A stretch of 62,882 nt of DNA, counting the filler. It is 8 parts of 8 records of this genome, joined end to end, with 100 filler letters (N's around TTAATTAATTAA, not from the genome) between each part and the next. Parts side by side here need not be neighbours in the genome. Positions count along the whole stretch, not along the records: positions 42,610 to 48,614 come from DRR723986_11599; positions 48,715 to 54,844 come from DRR723986_11603; 6 more parts are not named here. One strand, written 5' to 3'. Below are positions 43,289 through 52,540 of this stretch, in pieces; the stretch's first letter is position 1, and every line of letters begins with the position of its first letter. The position numbers and the translations under genes are program-made. The notes beneath the pieces were generated by a model. It was not told where the DNA came from. It was given only the letters and a program-made list of their open reading frames with translations, and made no database searches.

Positions 43289-43813
43289 ATGCCTGACGCT
43301 CTTCGCTCCGCCGCAGCCTTTCCCGTGACCGAGGTCGCCCGTCTTGGCGGGGGGACGATCACGCTCGGCAAGCCCGACACCCGGCCGTGGCAGCTGGTCT
43401 TCGTCTATCGCGGCATCCATTGCCCGATCTGCCGTCAGTACCTCACCGATCTCGAGCCGAAGCTCTCGGAATTCGCGGAACTTGGCATCGAGGTCGTGGC
43501 CGTCTCTGCCGACACCGAAGCCAAGGCGCAGCAGCTCAAATCGGATATTTCGTCTTCCGTTGCGCTGGGATACGGGTTGGACGTGGCGCAGATGCAGGCC
43601 TTGGGGCTTTACGTCTCGGACCCGCGCTCGCCCGAGGAAACCGACCGGCCCTTCGCCGAGCCGGGCCTCTTCCTGATCAACCCGGAGGGCAAGCTACATA
43701 TGGTGGACATCTCGAACGCGCCGTTCCTGCGGCCCGAACTGGAGAAGCTGCCCGCGCGGATCAAATTCGTGATCGAGAAGGATTACCCGATTCGCGGCAC
43801 GCATGGCGCCTGA
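43289..43813 (+). CDS. Peroxiredoxin-like (AhpC/TSA-redoxin) protein
   Basis: YRGIHCPIC, VAVSAD, FAEPGLFLINP, SNAPFLRP, YPIRG; AAGGA RBS. Confidence 0.88.
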   Translation: MPDALRSAAAFPVTEVARLGGGTITLGKPDTRPWQLVFVYRGIHCPICRQYLTDLEPKLSEFAELGIEVVAVSADTEAKAQQLKSDISSSVALGYGLDVAQMQALGLYVSDPRSPEETDRPFAEPGLFLINPEGKLHMVDISNAPFLRPELEKLPARIKFVIEKDYPIRGTHGA

Positions 43814-43852
43814 TGCGCGCCCCCTTCCGGGCCGATCCCACCGGGTCGGCCC

Positions 43853-44755
43853 ATGAGCGCATGGCTGATCTCGCTCGAGGGCACGGCCGCGGGGCACCAG
43901 CTTGCCATGGTGCTCGCGCTGGCGGCGGCCTTCCTGCATGCGATCTTCGGGGCGCTGCAGAAGGGGCGGCATGATCCATGGCTGTCGCGCGGTGCCATCG
44001 ACGGATGCTACGGCCTGATGGCAGCGCCCTTCGCGCTGTTCGTCGTGCCTTGGCCAGAGCTGCACATGTGGGTGATCTTCGCCGGCGCCTTCGTGATCCA
44101 CGCCATCTACAAGCTCCTGCAGGCCATGGCCTACACACAGGGCGCCTATACGGTGGTCTACCCGGTGGTGCGGGGCACCGGCCCGCTCTTCGCGGTCATC
44201 GGCGCCTCGGTGGTCTTCCACGAACATTTCGCGCCGCTGCAATGGTTCGGGGTGGGGGTGCTGCTCTCGGGGATCTTCGGCCTCGCGCTCTACAACCTGC
44301 GCTATCTCGAAACCGCCCGGGACACGCTGAACCGCGCCTTGCTCTTCGCCGTCGCCACCGGGCTGTTCGTGGCGCTCTACACCACCTATGACGCCTACGG
44401 CATCCGCGCCACGGCGGACCCTTTCACCTTTCTCGCGTGGTTCTTCTTCATCGACGGCTGGCTGATGCCGGTGATCGCGGTGCGGCGATACCGCAGCATG
44501 GCGAACAGGCCGGCGCTGCCGCCCCTGATGCTGCGCGGGGTCATCGGCGGGCTGGTGGCCTTCGTCAGCTTCGGCTCGGTCATGCTGGCCACGCGGCTCG
44601 ACAAGGTCGGAGAGGCCGCCGTCCTGCGCGAGACCTCGACGGTCTTCGCCGCCGTGATCGGCTGGCTGGTGCTGAAGGAAACGGTGGGCCCGCGCCGCAT
44701 CGCCCTGATGGCGCTGATCGCCGCCGGTGCGGTCATCGTTGAGTTGGGCGGCTGA
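43853..44755 (+). CDS. DMT/EamA family transporter
   Basis: Two EamA repeats; VYPVVRGTGP, LRETSTVF. Confidence 0.9.
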   Translation: MSAWLISLEGTAAGHQLAMVLALAAAFLHAIFGALQKGRHDPWLSRGAIDGCYGLMAAPFALFVVPWPELHMWVIFAGAFVIHAIYKLLQAMAYTQGAYTVVYPVVRGTGPLFAVIGASVVFHEHFAPLQWFGVGVLLSGIFGLALYNLRYLETARDTLNRALLFAVATGLFVALYTTYDAYGIRATADPFTFLAWFFFIDGWLMPVIAVRRYRSMANRPALPPLMLRGVIGGLVAFVSFGSVMLATRLDKVGEAAVLRETSTVFAAVIGWLVLKETVGPRRIALMALIAAGAVIVELGG

Positions 44756-44792
44756 AGCGCCTATCTGAAACGCGACAGGTACGAGAGGCCCC

Positions 44793-45416
44793 ATGACCGA
44801 CCACAAGCCCACGACAGAGCCGAAGACGGCGAACCCGATGCTGAAGACCGTGCTGGAGTTCGGCCCGATCCTTGCCTTCTTCGTCGCCTACCTCTGGCTG
44901 AAGGACGAGATCTTCACCATCGGCGGGACCGAGTACAACGGCTTCATCGTCGTGACGGCGGCCTTCATCCCGGTCTTTTTGATCTGCATGGGCCTTCTGT
45001 GGAAGGTGACGGGGCATCTCAGCCGGATGCAGGTGGTGACGGCGGTGCTGATCGTGGTCTTCGGCGGCCTGTCCGTCTGGCTGAACGACGAGCGCTTCTT
45101 CAAGATGAAGCCGACGCTGATCTACCTGCTGTTCGGCACGGCCCTGGCGATCGGTCTGATGCGCGGCGAAAGCTGGCTTCAGGCGGTGATGGAGGGGCTG
45201 ATGCCGCTGCGGCAAGAGGGGTGGATGATCCTGACCAAGCGGGTGATGCTGCTTTTCTTCGGTCTCGCCCTGCTGAACGAGGTGATCTGGCGCACCATGA
45301 GCACCGAGACATGGGTCTATTTCAAGACCTTCGGCCTGACCGCCGCCATCGTCGTCTTCTTCCTGTTCCAGGGCGGGCTGTTCAAGCGCTACAGTTCCGA
45401 GGAAACCGCCGAGTGA
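44793..45416 (+). CDS. yciB: Inner membrane protein YciB (IspZ)
   Basis: LEFGP, FGGLSVWLNDERFFKMKPT, LNEVIWR, WVYFKTFG. Confidence 0.92.
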   Translation: MTDHKPTTEPKTANPMLKTVLEFGPILAFFVAYLWLKDEIFTIGGTEYNGFIVVTAAFIPVFLICMGLLWKVTGHLSRMQVVTAVLIVVFGGLSVWLNDERFFKMKPTLIYLLFGTALAIGLMRGESWLQAVMEGLMPLRQEGWMILTKRVMLLFFGLALLNEVIWRTMSTETWVYFKTFGLTAAIVVFFLFQGGLFKRYSSEETAE

Positions 45417-45498
45417 AACGGGCGCGGGCCGGTCGGCGCGCGCCGGGCGGGATGAGGCGCCCGGGTGATCCGCGCGCAGGGCGGGCCGCGGGCCGGGC

Positions 45499-45936
45499 CT
45501 AGCCGCCGCGGCGGTCGATGCGCGTGCTCAGGTGGATCAGGCTTTCCGATCCGCGCACGCCCTTCGCCTCTCCGATCTGGTCGAGCGCGCGGTCGAGCGC
45601 CTCCGTGGTCTGCGCCGCCAGTTCCGCCACAAGATCGAAGCGGCCCGAGGTCGTGTGCACCGTCTCGACCTCCTTCACCTGCTTCAGCCGCGCCAGAACA
45701 GAGGGCGTGGCGCGCGGCTCCACCCCGATCAGCACCGTCGCGCGGATCGCCGGGTCCAGCCGCTGCCCGCGCCGGATCGTGTATCCCGCGATGGCGCCAG
45801 AGCCCTCCAGCCGCTCGATCCGCGCCTGAACGGTGGTCCGCGCAAGGCCAAGGTGTTTCGCCAGTTCGGTGGCCGAGGCGCGGGCGTTTTCCGACAGGAG
45901 GGCGATCAGCGCGCGGTCGGTTTCGTCGAATTGCAT
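45499..45936 (-). CDS. Lrp/AsnC family transcriptional regulator
   Basis: DETDRALIALLSENARAS.TELA..LGLARTTVQARIERLE; TTSGRFDL; divergent from the decarboxylase. Confidence 0.92.
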   Translation of the reverse strand: MQFDETDRALIALLSENARASATELAKHLGLARTTVQARIERLEGSGAIAGYTIRRGQRLDPAIRATVLIGVEPRATPSVLARLKQVKEVETVHTTSGRFDLVAELAAQTTEALDRALDQIGEAKGVRGSESLIHLSTRIDRRGG

Positions 45937-46052
45937 GATCTCTCCTGCGTTTTGCCGATGGTTGCGGGCATCATGGCGCATCCGCCCGATGAATTCGACG
46001 GAATTCGCGGTGAGACTGAAGGGACAGGCAACCCGACCCAGAGGCGCGAACC

Positions 46053-47171
46053 ATGGTCCTTCAGCAGGCTTTCCACCGCAACCCGGCGCAGTACCTTTCC
46101 CGCGAAGCCCCGCAGGAGCCGGTCTTCTTCTTCGACCCGGCCCGGCTGGCGCAGACCGCCCGGGTGTTCCTCGACCGCTTCCCGGGCCTCGTGACCTTCG
46201 CGGTCAAGGCCAACCCGGACCGCGCCGTGCTCGAGGCGCTGGCGGCGGCCGGGGTGGGCACCTTCGACGTGGCCTCGCCCGAGGAGATGCAGATGGTGCG
46301 CGCCGTGGCGCCGGGGGCGGCGCTGCATTACCACAACCCGATCCGCGCGGCCTCGGAGATCGCCGAGGGGCGGCGCATGGGCGTCGTGTCATGGTCGGTG
46401 GACCGCCTGTCGGAACTGGACAAGCTGGGCGACCTGACGGGGCTGGAAATCGCCGTGCGGCTGAAACTGCCGGTCCCGGGTGCGGTCTATGACTTCGGCT
46501 CGAAATTCGGCGCAGAGCCCGAGCGCGCCGTTCTGCTGCTGCGTGAGGTCGCCCGGCGTGGCGGCACGCCCTCGATCACCTTCCACCCCGGCACCCAATG
46601 CCGCGACGCGCAGGCCTGGGTCACATACATCCACGCCGCCGCGCAGGTGGCCCGAAAGGCAGAGGTGACGCTGCACCGGCTGAACGTCGGCGGCGGCTTT
46701 CCCGCGCACCGCGAGGACCCGGCGCCCGACCTGCCGGCGATCTTCGACGCCATCGCCGCCGCCACCCACGCGGCCTTTGCCACGCCGCCCGCGCTGGTCT
46801 GCGAACCGGGCCGGGCCATGGTTGCCGAGTGCTTCGAACTGGCCTTGCTGGTCAAGGCCGCACCCGAGGGCGCGGTGTTCCTGAACGACGGCATCTACGG
46901 CGGCCTCAGCGAGTGGCGCGACCTTGGCCCCTCGGCGCGGATCACCGCGCTGTCGCCCGACGGCAGGCCGCGCACCGGCGCCCCGAGGCCCGTCACCGTC
47001 TTCGGCCCGACCTGCGACAGCCTCGACCGGCTGTCGGAAACCGTGTCGTTGCCCGGGGATCTGGCCGAGGGCGATTACCTGCTGTTTCACGCCTGCGGCG
47101 CCTATTCGAACGCGCTGGCCACCCGGTTCAACGGCTATGGCGCGCGGCAGATCGTGACGCTGGCGCGCTGA
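46053..47171 (+). CDS. Type III PLP-dependent decarboxylase (ornithine/lysine decarboxylase-like)
   Basis: FAVKANP (PLP Lys), FDVAS, NVGGGF, EPGR, GPTCDS, GAY. Confidence 0.9.
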   Translation: MVLQQAFHRNPAQYLSREAPQEPVFFFDPARLAQTARVFLDRFPGLVTFAVKANPDRAVLEALAAAGVGTFDVASPEEMQMVRAVAPGAALHYHNPIRAASEIAEGRRMGVVSWSVDRLSELDKLGDLTGLEIAVRLKLPVPGAVYDFGSKFGAEPERAVLLLREVARRGGTPSITFHPGTQCRDAQAWVTYIHAAAQVARKAEVTLHRLNVGGGFPAHREDPAPDLPAIFDAIAAATHAAFATPPALVCEPGRAMVAECFELALLVKAAPEGAVFLNDGIYGGLSEWRDLGPSARITALSPDGRPRTGAPRPVTVFGPTCDSLDRLSETVSLPGDLAEGDYLLFHACGAYSNALATRFNGYGARQIVTLAR

Positions 47172-47241
47172 CCCGGGGTGGACACTCCGGACGTGGCCGC
47201 TAAGGTCCGCGCAAAGGCATCCAGCACGCGCGAGAGACCCC

Positions 47242-48614
47242 ATGGAAAAGTTCGGCAAGGCCCAGTCCGTCACACGCAGGGAAGACACCCGGTTCCTGAC
47301 CGGGCAGGGGCGTTACGTCGATGACATCGTGCCCGAAGGCGCCCTGCGCGCCTTCGTCTTCCGCTCTCCCGTGGCCCATGCGCGGATCACCGGGCTGGAC
47401 GTCTCTGCCGCGCAGGAGGCCGAGGGCGTGCATCTGGTGGTGACGGCCACGGACATGACCGAGGCGGGCGTCGACATCGCCATGTCCGCGACGCTGGCGC
47501 CCAACCGCGACGGCTCCAAGGGGGCAAGGACGCGCCGCCCGGTGCTGGCCGAGGACAAGCTGCGCTTTGCCGGAGAGCCGGTGGCCGTGGTGGTGGCGGA
47601 TACGCTGCAACAGGCCCGCGACGCCGCCGAGCTGATCGAACTCGACTACGAAGACCTGCCCGTCATGCTGGAGATGGCGCCGGGCGACACCGCGATCCAC
47701 GACGAGGCGCCGGACAACCGCGCCTATGACTTCGGCCTCGGCGACGAGGCGGCCACCGAGGCAGCCTTCGCGGCGGCGGCGAAGACCGTCTCGCTGGAGG
47801 TCGGCGACAACCGCATCATCGTCAACGCAATGGAGCCGCGCGGCGCCTATGCCGAATACGATGGTGGTCGGTTCCACCTTGCCTTCAACGGGCAGGGGGT
47901 CTGGGGCATGAAGGCGGAACTGGCGCGCGCCTTCGGCGTCGAGGCCGAGACCGTGCGCGTGACCAACCCCGACGTGGGCGGCGGCTTCGGCATGAAGGGC
48001 ATGCCGTATCCCGAGTATTTCGTGCTGCCCTATGCGGCCAAGGTGCTGGGCCGGCCCGTCCACTGGATGTCGGACCGGGGCGAGGCGATGCTGAGCGACA
48101 ACGCCGGGCGCGACCTGACAACCTTCGCCGAACTGGCCTTCGACGAGAACAACCGGATCACCGCCTACCGCCTGCACACGCGGTCGAACCTTGGCGCCTA
48201 CAACTCCAACTTCGGGCAGATGATCCAGAGCTTCCTCTTCGGCCGCGTCATCACCGGGGTCTACGACATCCAGACGATGTATTACCGGGCCGAGGGTTTC
48301 TACACCAACACCACGCAGGTCGACGCCTATCGCGGCGCCGGCCGGCCCGAGGCGATCTATGTGCTCGAACGGGTCATGGACCGCGCCGCGCGCGAGCTGG
48401 GCGTCGACCCGCTGGAACTGCGGCGGATCAACTTCATCAAGCCCGAGCAGTTTCCCTACAAGACCGCCTCGGGCGAGCTGTACGACGTGGGCGATTTCGC
48501 GCGCGTCATGGGCCATGCAGAGCGGTTCTCGGCGCTGGAGGGCTTTGCCGAACGGCGCGCGCAGTCGCGGGCGCAGGGCAAGCTGCGCGGCATGGGGCTG
48601 TGCTATTACATCGA
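47242..48614 (+). CDS. Xanthine dehydrogenase/CoxL-like molybdopterin-binding large subunit (partial)
   Basis: RREDTRFLTGQGRYVDD, RSPVAHA, MEPRG, DVGGGFGMK, AYRGAGRPEA (form II-type motif, not the AYRCSFR of true CO dehydrogenases). Confidence 0.9.
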
Positions 48615-48714
48615 NNNNNNNNNNNNNNNNNNNNNNNNNNNNNNNNNNNNNNNNNNNNTTAATTAATTAANNNNNNNNNNNNNNNNNNNNNNNNNNNNNN
48701 NNNNNNNNNNNNNN
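48615..48714. other. Artificial contig linker 6
   Basis: N44-TTAATTAATTAA-N44. Confidence 0.99.
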
Positions 48715-49492
48715 CCTAAGGGCTCGACCCGGGTGTCAAATTTTTAGATTTTAAATTTGCAACCGCTAAACCTGATTCTCATCACGCTGCCCCAAAAACA
48801 CCGACCGCAAAGCCGCTTTACCTTGCAATTGTCAAACTCTAAATTAGTTGGGAGTCTGCATGGATTGTTATGCCGGATCCAGGTGCAAGCAATCGCCGTT
48901 CTACCGGTCCAATTCCTCCCACAATCCAGGAGTTTGCCGAACGACAATGTGCGAGCCCCGGCATTTTATTTGAGTCTGAGGCTCTTTGAGCTTTTTGTTT
49001 GTCGCTCAGCCGGCATTCACAAGTCACCGAGCCCAATGATTGCCGCGCCCAGGCAAAAACACAAAGTCACTGGCCGAGCAAGCACAAAATCTGGACGCCT
49101 GGAGCTGTTGGACTCTACTTTAAGGTAGAGTGAACTTTGCATTACAAATGGACTGTTTTCAGATTGCATCCGATCAGACCCGAAGTAATGCGTCCGGAGG
49201 ATAAAGCCCCAGGAGAGATAAAGCATCAGAGGTCATACGCGAACTCAGGCTACCGGCCAAACGTACATGCTTTGTCGCTCTGAACCGGAAGGGTCTGCCA
49301 GGGTTTCGCCCGCCTGTTTCGTGCTAGCGTAACTTTTTTTCGAGACGGGTGATACAAAACCGTGACTGCTTTGTTATGACCGCAAGAAGGGTAAGGAGAC
49401 GCCAAATGATCGGTCCAATGAGATCATCCCCCCTCGATTGTCCAGATTGATCCTGGTGCGGCGCTTTTTTATCCGGCACACGCGAAAATCGT

Positions 49493-50056
49493 ATGACGAG
49501 ACGCATTGAACAGTATACCGATTCGGAGCTTTACGGTCTTTTAGACCGTACCGAGCAGGTCCGGAGTGAAGCCATGGCTTTGCTCTATGATCGGCACGCG
49601 CCTATGCTGTATCGCTATTGCGCGCGCATGTTAAACAACAATGAAGCCGCCAGGGATGTGACGCACGAATGTTTCCTGCGTCTGCTGCGTGTGAGTACTG
49701 AAAAATCGCAGATTGAAAATGTAGCTGGATATCTGGTCCGCTCAGCTCGCAACTTATGCATCAATCTGCGCCGCGCTCCACGCTGGAATAGTGAAGAATT
49801 TGATGAGACCCGGCAGCCACGTGAAGACACCGTGGTGGAAGACCGCGAAATGCAGGAGTTGGTTGGAGCTGCGCTGGAGAAACTGCCGGCAGATTATCGC
49901 GAGGCCTTAGTTCTCCAGGTGTACGCGGGGATGGCCTACCAGGAGATAGCCGAAACGCTTGGTGTTAGTTTGCCCACAGTCCGAAACCGCATTGCGCGCG
50001 GAAAAATCAAATTGCGCACCTACCTCCAACCCTATTTTGCCGACGTCTTTGAATAA
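49493..50056 (+). CDS. ECF RNA polymerase sigma factor
   Basis: Region 2 ARDVTHECFLRL...YLVRSARNLCIN; region 4 LEKLPADYREALVL...YQEIAETLGVSLPTVRNRIARG. Confidence 0.93.
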   Translation: MTRRIEQYTDSELYGLLDRTEQVRSEAMALLYDRHAPMLYRYCARMLNNNEAARDVTHECFLRLLRVSTEKSQIENVAGYLVRSARNLCINLRRAPRWNSEEFDETRQPREDTVVEDREMQELVGAALEKLPADYREALVLQVYAGMAYQEIAETLGVSLPTVRNRIARGKIKLRTYLQPYFADVFE

Positions 50057-50071
50057 TAAAGTGTAAAAAGC

Positions 50072-51676
50072 ATGAAAACCGCAGGCAATCACGATATCGC
50101 TGTACTGATCGAGTTTTACCTCGACGGTGAATGCAGCCCCGCCGAAAAGAAGGTGTTGGAGGATGCAATCTCCGATGATCCTGCGCTGCGGTCTGAGATT
50201 CAGCAGGCGCAGCAGATGCGCAATGCCCTGGCGCGTGATTCGCAATCCCTGAGCCTGCCTGCGGGTGACAAGCTCTCATTCATGTCGAAAGTCTCAGGGG
50301 TGCCCGGTGGAGTTGGAGCAGGTATTTCCGCTTCAGTAGGTGCCGCCGCCATGTTTGGCGTCAGTGCCACACCACACCTCGGTGAAGACGCTTCCAGCGC
50401 CGCCGCAGATGAAGCTGCGGCAGTCCAGACACAGGCCGTCTCGACTTCCGGCTCCGGCGCATTGCAGAGTTCCGGCATTTTGCAGGGCATTATCCAGAAA
50501 GTACTGCAGCCGGCCTCGCAGGTAGTATCGGCAGGTTTCGGCGGCTGGCTCGCCTCAGCCGGCGCAATGGTCACCATGTTTTTTGTGAGTGCCGTTGAGA
50601 TGCCTCAAGTCAGTGAGTCTCAAGCCTTTCAATCGCTGAACCGCGCAGCCTTCAGTCAGGAAGCCAGGCCACAAGCCGCTCAGCTACAAGGCCAGACCAG
50701 CACTCGCGAGAATTATCGCAGCGATCAGCCGCATGGCGCTGCTGCTGCAAGTGAAAATCAGTATTCAACAGAAAATTCGCACTCGCCCTCGGCCTCTGAG
50801 CTGGAAGGGCATACCGATGGCCGCACGGATCACCGCAGTGACCATTCGCTTGGTAATAATGCTGCAACAGCGCCGCATGCCGCCGACGCGTCTGCGAATT
50901 TTGGCAATGGCAATGCGAGCGGCGCGAACCATGGCGCGAACAATTTGGGCAACAGCCCGGCACCTCAATCCGATAAGTCTGATGCAGCCGCTAACGCGCC
51001 GGCCGCAGATGCGCCGGAACAGTCCAGCAATGCCGGCGCAAATCTGGCCCCTGCTGAGCAGGCGAGTGCCGAAGCGAGTGCGCCGCCAAGCGCATCACTC
51101 CAGAGCATCGTGACAATTTCCGGAGCGGAGATGTTTGCGCATGATGCAGCGCAGACTGCACCGCAGCTGCCGCAAAGCAACTCAGCAACGCCCCAGACCC
51201 TGCAAGAGCTGGAGCTGCGCGTTCCCGCCGCAGACCGCTGGAAACTGCTGTTTTCGACGGGACTCCTGGTCTCGACCAGCGAAGGCATGCCGGCCATGAA
51301 TCAGGCGGATATCAACGGCGGGCTGCAGTTTGTGGTCAACGACGAACTGAATCTGATGCTGGAAGGTGGGCAGGAGAGCGTCTCCCTGGTTGAGCTTAGT
51401 GGCCAATATTTTATTGATGTTGAGCGCATCAACTACGTCCTTGGTGGCGTGAATTATTCTCCGCTCGTTCTGCGTTTTGAAGCAGTCCAGCCCTATTTCA
51501 CCCTTGCCGCCGGAGTTTCCGATAGCGGTTTGTTGCTCAAAACGCGCCTCGGTCTCTCGCGTCCTTTGCTGGGGCCCGTAGGAATCCACGCGGCGATTGA
51601 GCTGGGTGGCCTGAGCGGCTCGTGGCAGGATGTTAACAAAGTCTCGTTGCTTTCCGGTTTGAGCTACCGTTTCTAA
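50072..51676 (+). CDS. Putative anti-sigma factor with TM helix, disordered linker and C-terminal outer-membrane beta-barrel
   Basis: N-terminal LIEFYLDGEC.PAE ASD-like motif; hydrophobic segment GWLASAGAMVTMFFVSAV; A/S/N/Q-rich linker; amphipathic strands ending GLSYRF. Confidence 0.75.
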   Translation: MKTAGNHDIAVLIEFYLDGECSPAEKKVLEDAISDDPALRSEIQQAQQMRNALARDSQSLSLPAGDKLSFMSKVSGVPGGVGAGISASVGAAAMFGVSATPHLGEDASSAAADEAAAVQTQAVSTSGSGALQSSGILQGIIQKVLQPASQVVSAGFGGWLASAGAMVTMFFVSAVEMPQVSESQAFQSLNRAAFSQEARPQAAQLQGQTSTRENYRSDQPHGAAAASENQYSTENSHSPSASELEGHTDGRTDHRSDHSLGNNAATAPHAADASANFGNGNASGANHGANNLGNSPAPQSDKSDAAANAPAADAPEQSSNAGANLAPAEQASAEASAPPSASLQSIVTISGAEMFAHDAAQTAPQLPQSNSATPQTLQELELRVPAADRWKLLFSTGLLVSTSEGMPAMNQADINGGLQFVVNDELNLMLEGGQESVSLVELSGQYFIDVERINYVLGGVNYSPLVLRFEAVQPYFTLAAGVSDSGLLLKTRLGLSRPLLGPVGIHAAIELGGLSGSWQDVNKVSLLSGLSYRF

Positions 51677-52128
51677 ACAGATTGTGCTGTCTTGTGATTC
51701 AGAGTCACTGATGTTCCAAGTCGAGCCTGCAGAATTGTTGCCTAGGCAACTAATTTGAGTCTTAGAGTTGTGTTCTGGAGACAAGACCTTGGGGCTCCGG
51801 CTGCGAGATTTGGCGTGGGATTGCGGCTGAGCGCTTTCTACTGCAGTGCAAAACAAGAAGCTCAAAAGGCAAGCCCAAAACAAGGCAGTCTTGCCGCAGG
51901 AGCAGGGGCGCTGCAATCTGGAAGGTGAAAACGGCTGAAATGGCCTAAAAAGCCTAAAAAGCCCAAAGAGTAGAGAATTCGCGCTGATTCCGCTTGATTG
52001 AAATTTTGCAGGACTACAGCTGAGAGGCAGTCCAAAAAATGTTGAAAAAATGTAGAAACAGGTGAGACGAATTTTTTGCTGGCCTGTTAGAAGGATAGAC
52101 TTGATCGGAGAGGCTTTGGCTGACTCCG

Positions 52129-52183
52129 AAACAAGAATGGGGTGAACCGCTGGGGGCAAGAGTGGTTCGCCCCGTCTTGTTTT
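52129..52183 (+). terminator. Long intergenic hairpin with U-tail (terminator or sRNA 3' end)
   Basis: AAACAAGA-A-TGGGGTGAACCGCT / AGTGGTTCGCCCCG-TCTTGTTT, with G-U pairs consistent with the + strand. Confidence 0.55.
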
Positions 52184-52540
52184 AAAGCGACTGCGTCGTG
52201 AGATCACCAGTTGCGAACGGCACCGGAAAAGTGAACTGGACAAGATTTGTTTCCTTGGGTGATTCCCGGTATTTTAGTGCATCGTGCTGAAACTGAATTC
52301 TGTTCGTTGGTCTGACTTTTCAGAAGAAATGCAACTGATGTGTGATTGATTTTAATTGAACGCGCATTTGTTGTCCGCACCTGACCAAAGTAGCAAACTT
52401 CCAGCCCCCCGCCCAAACAAGTGAACAGCACAGATTATGGAGCGCTATCCTCGGGTAGCAGCACAATCCCTGTCTTGAACGTTCTTTTGGCCCTAATCTC
52501 CATAATGCGTTGACAGTCAGCCCAAAACTCCGTGACACAT

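Noticed and set aside
47242-48614. Aerobic CO dehydrogenase (form I CoxL)
   Set aside because: Active-site loop is AYRGAGR, not AYRCSFR; generic molybdenum hydroxylase.
51182-52243. 353-aa minus-strand ORF
   Set aside because: Overlaps the anti-sigma gene antisense and runs through low-complexity intergenic DNA; no protein-like features.
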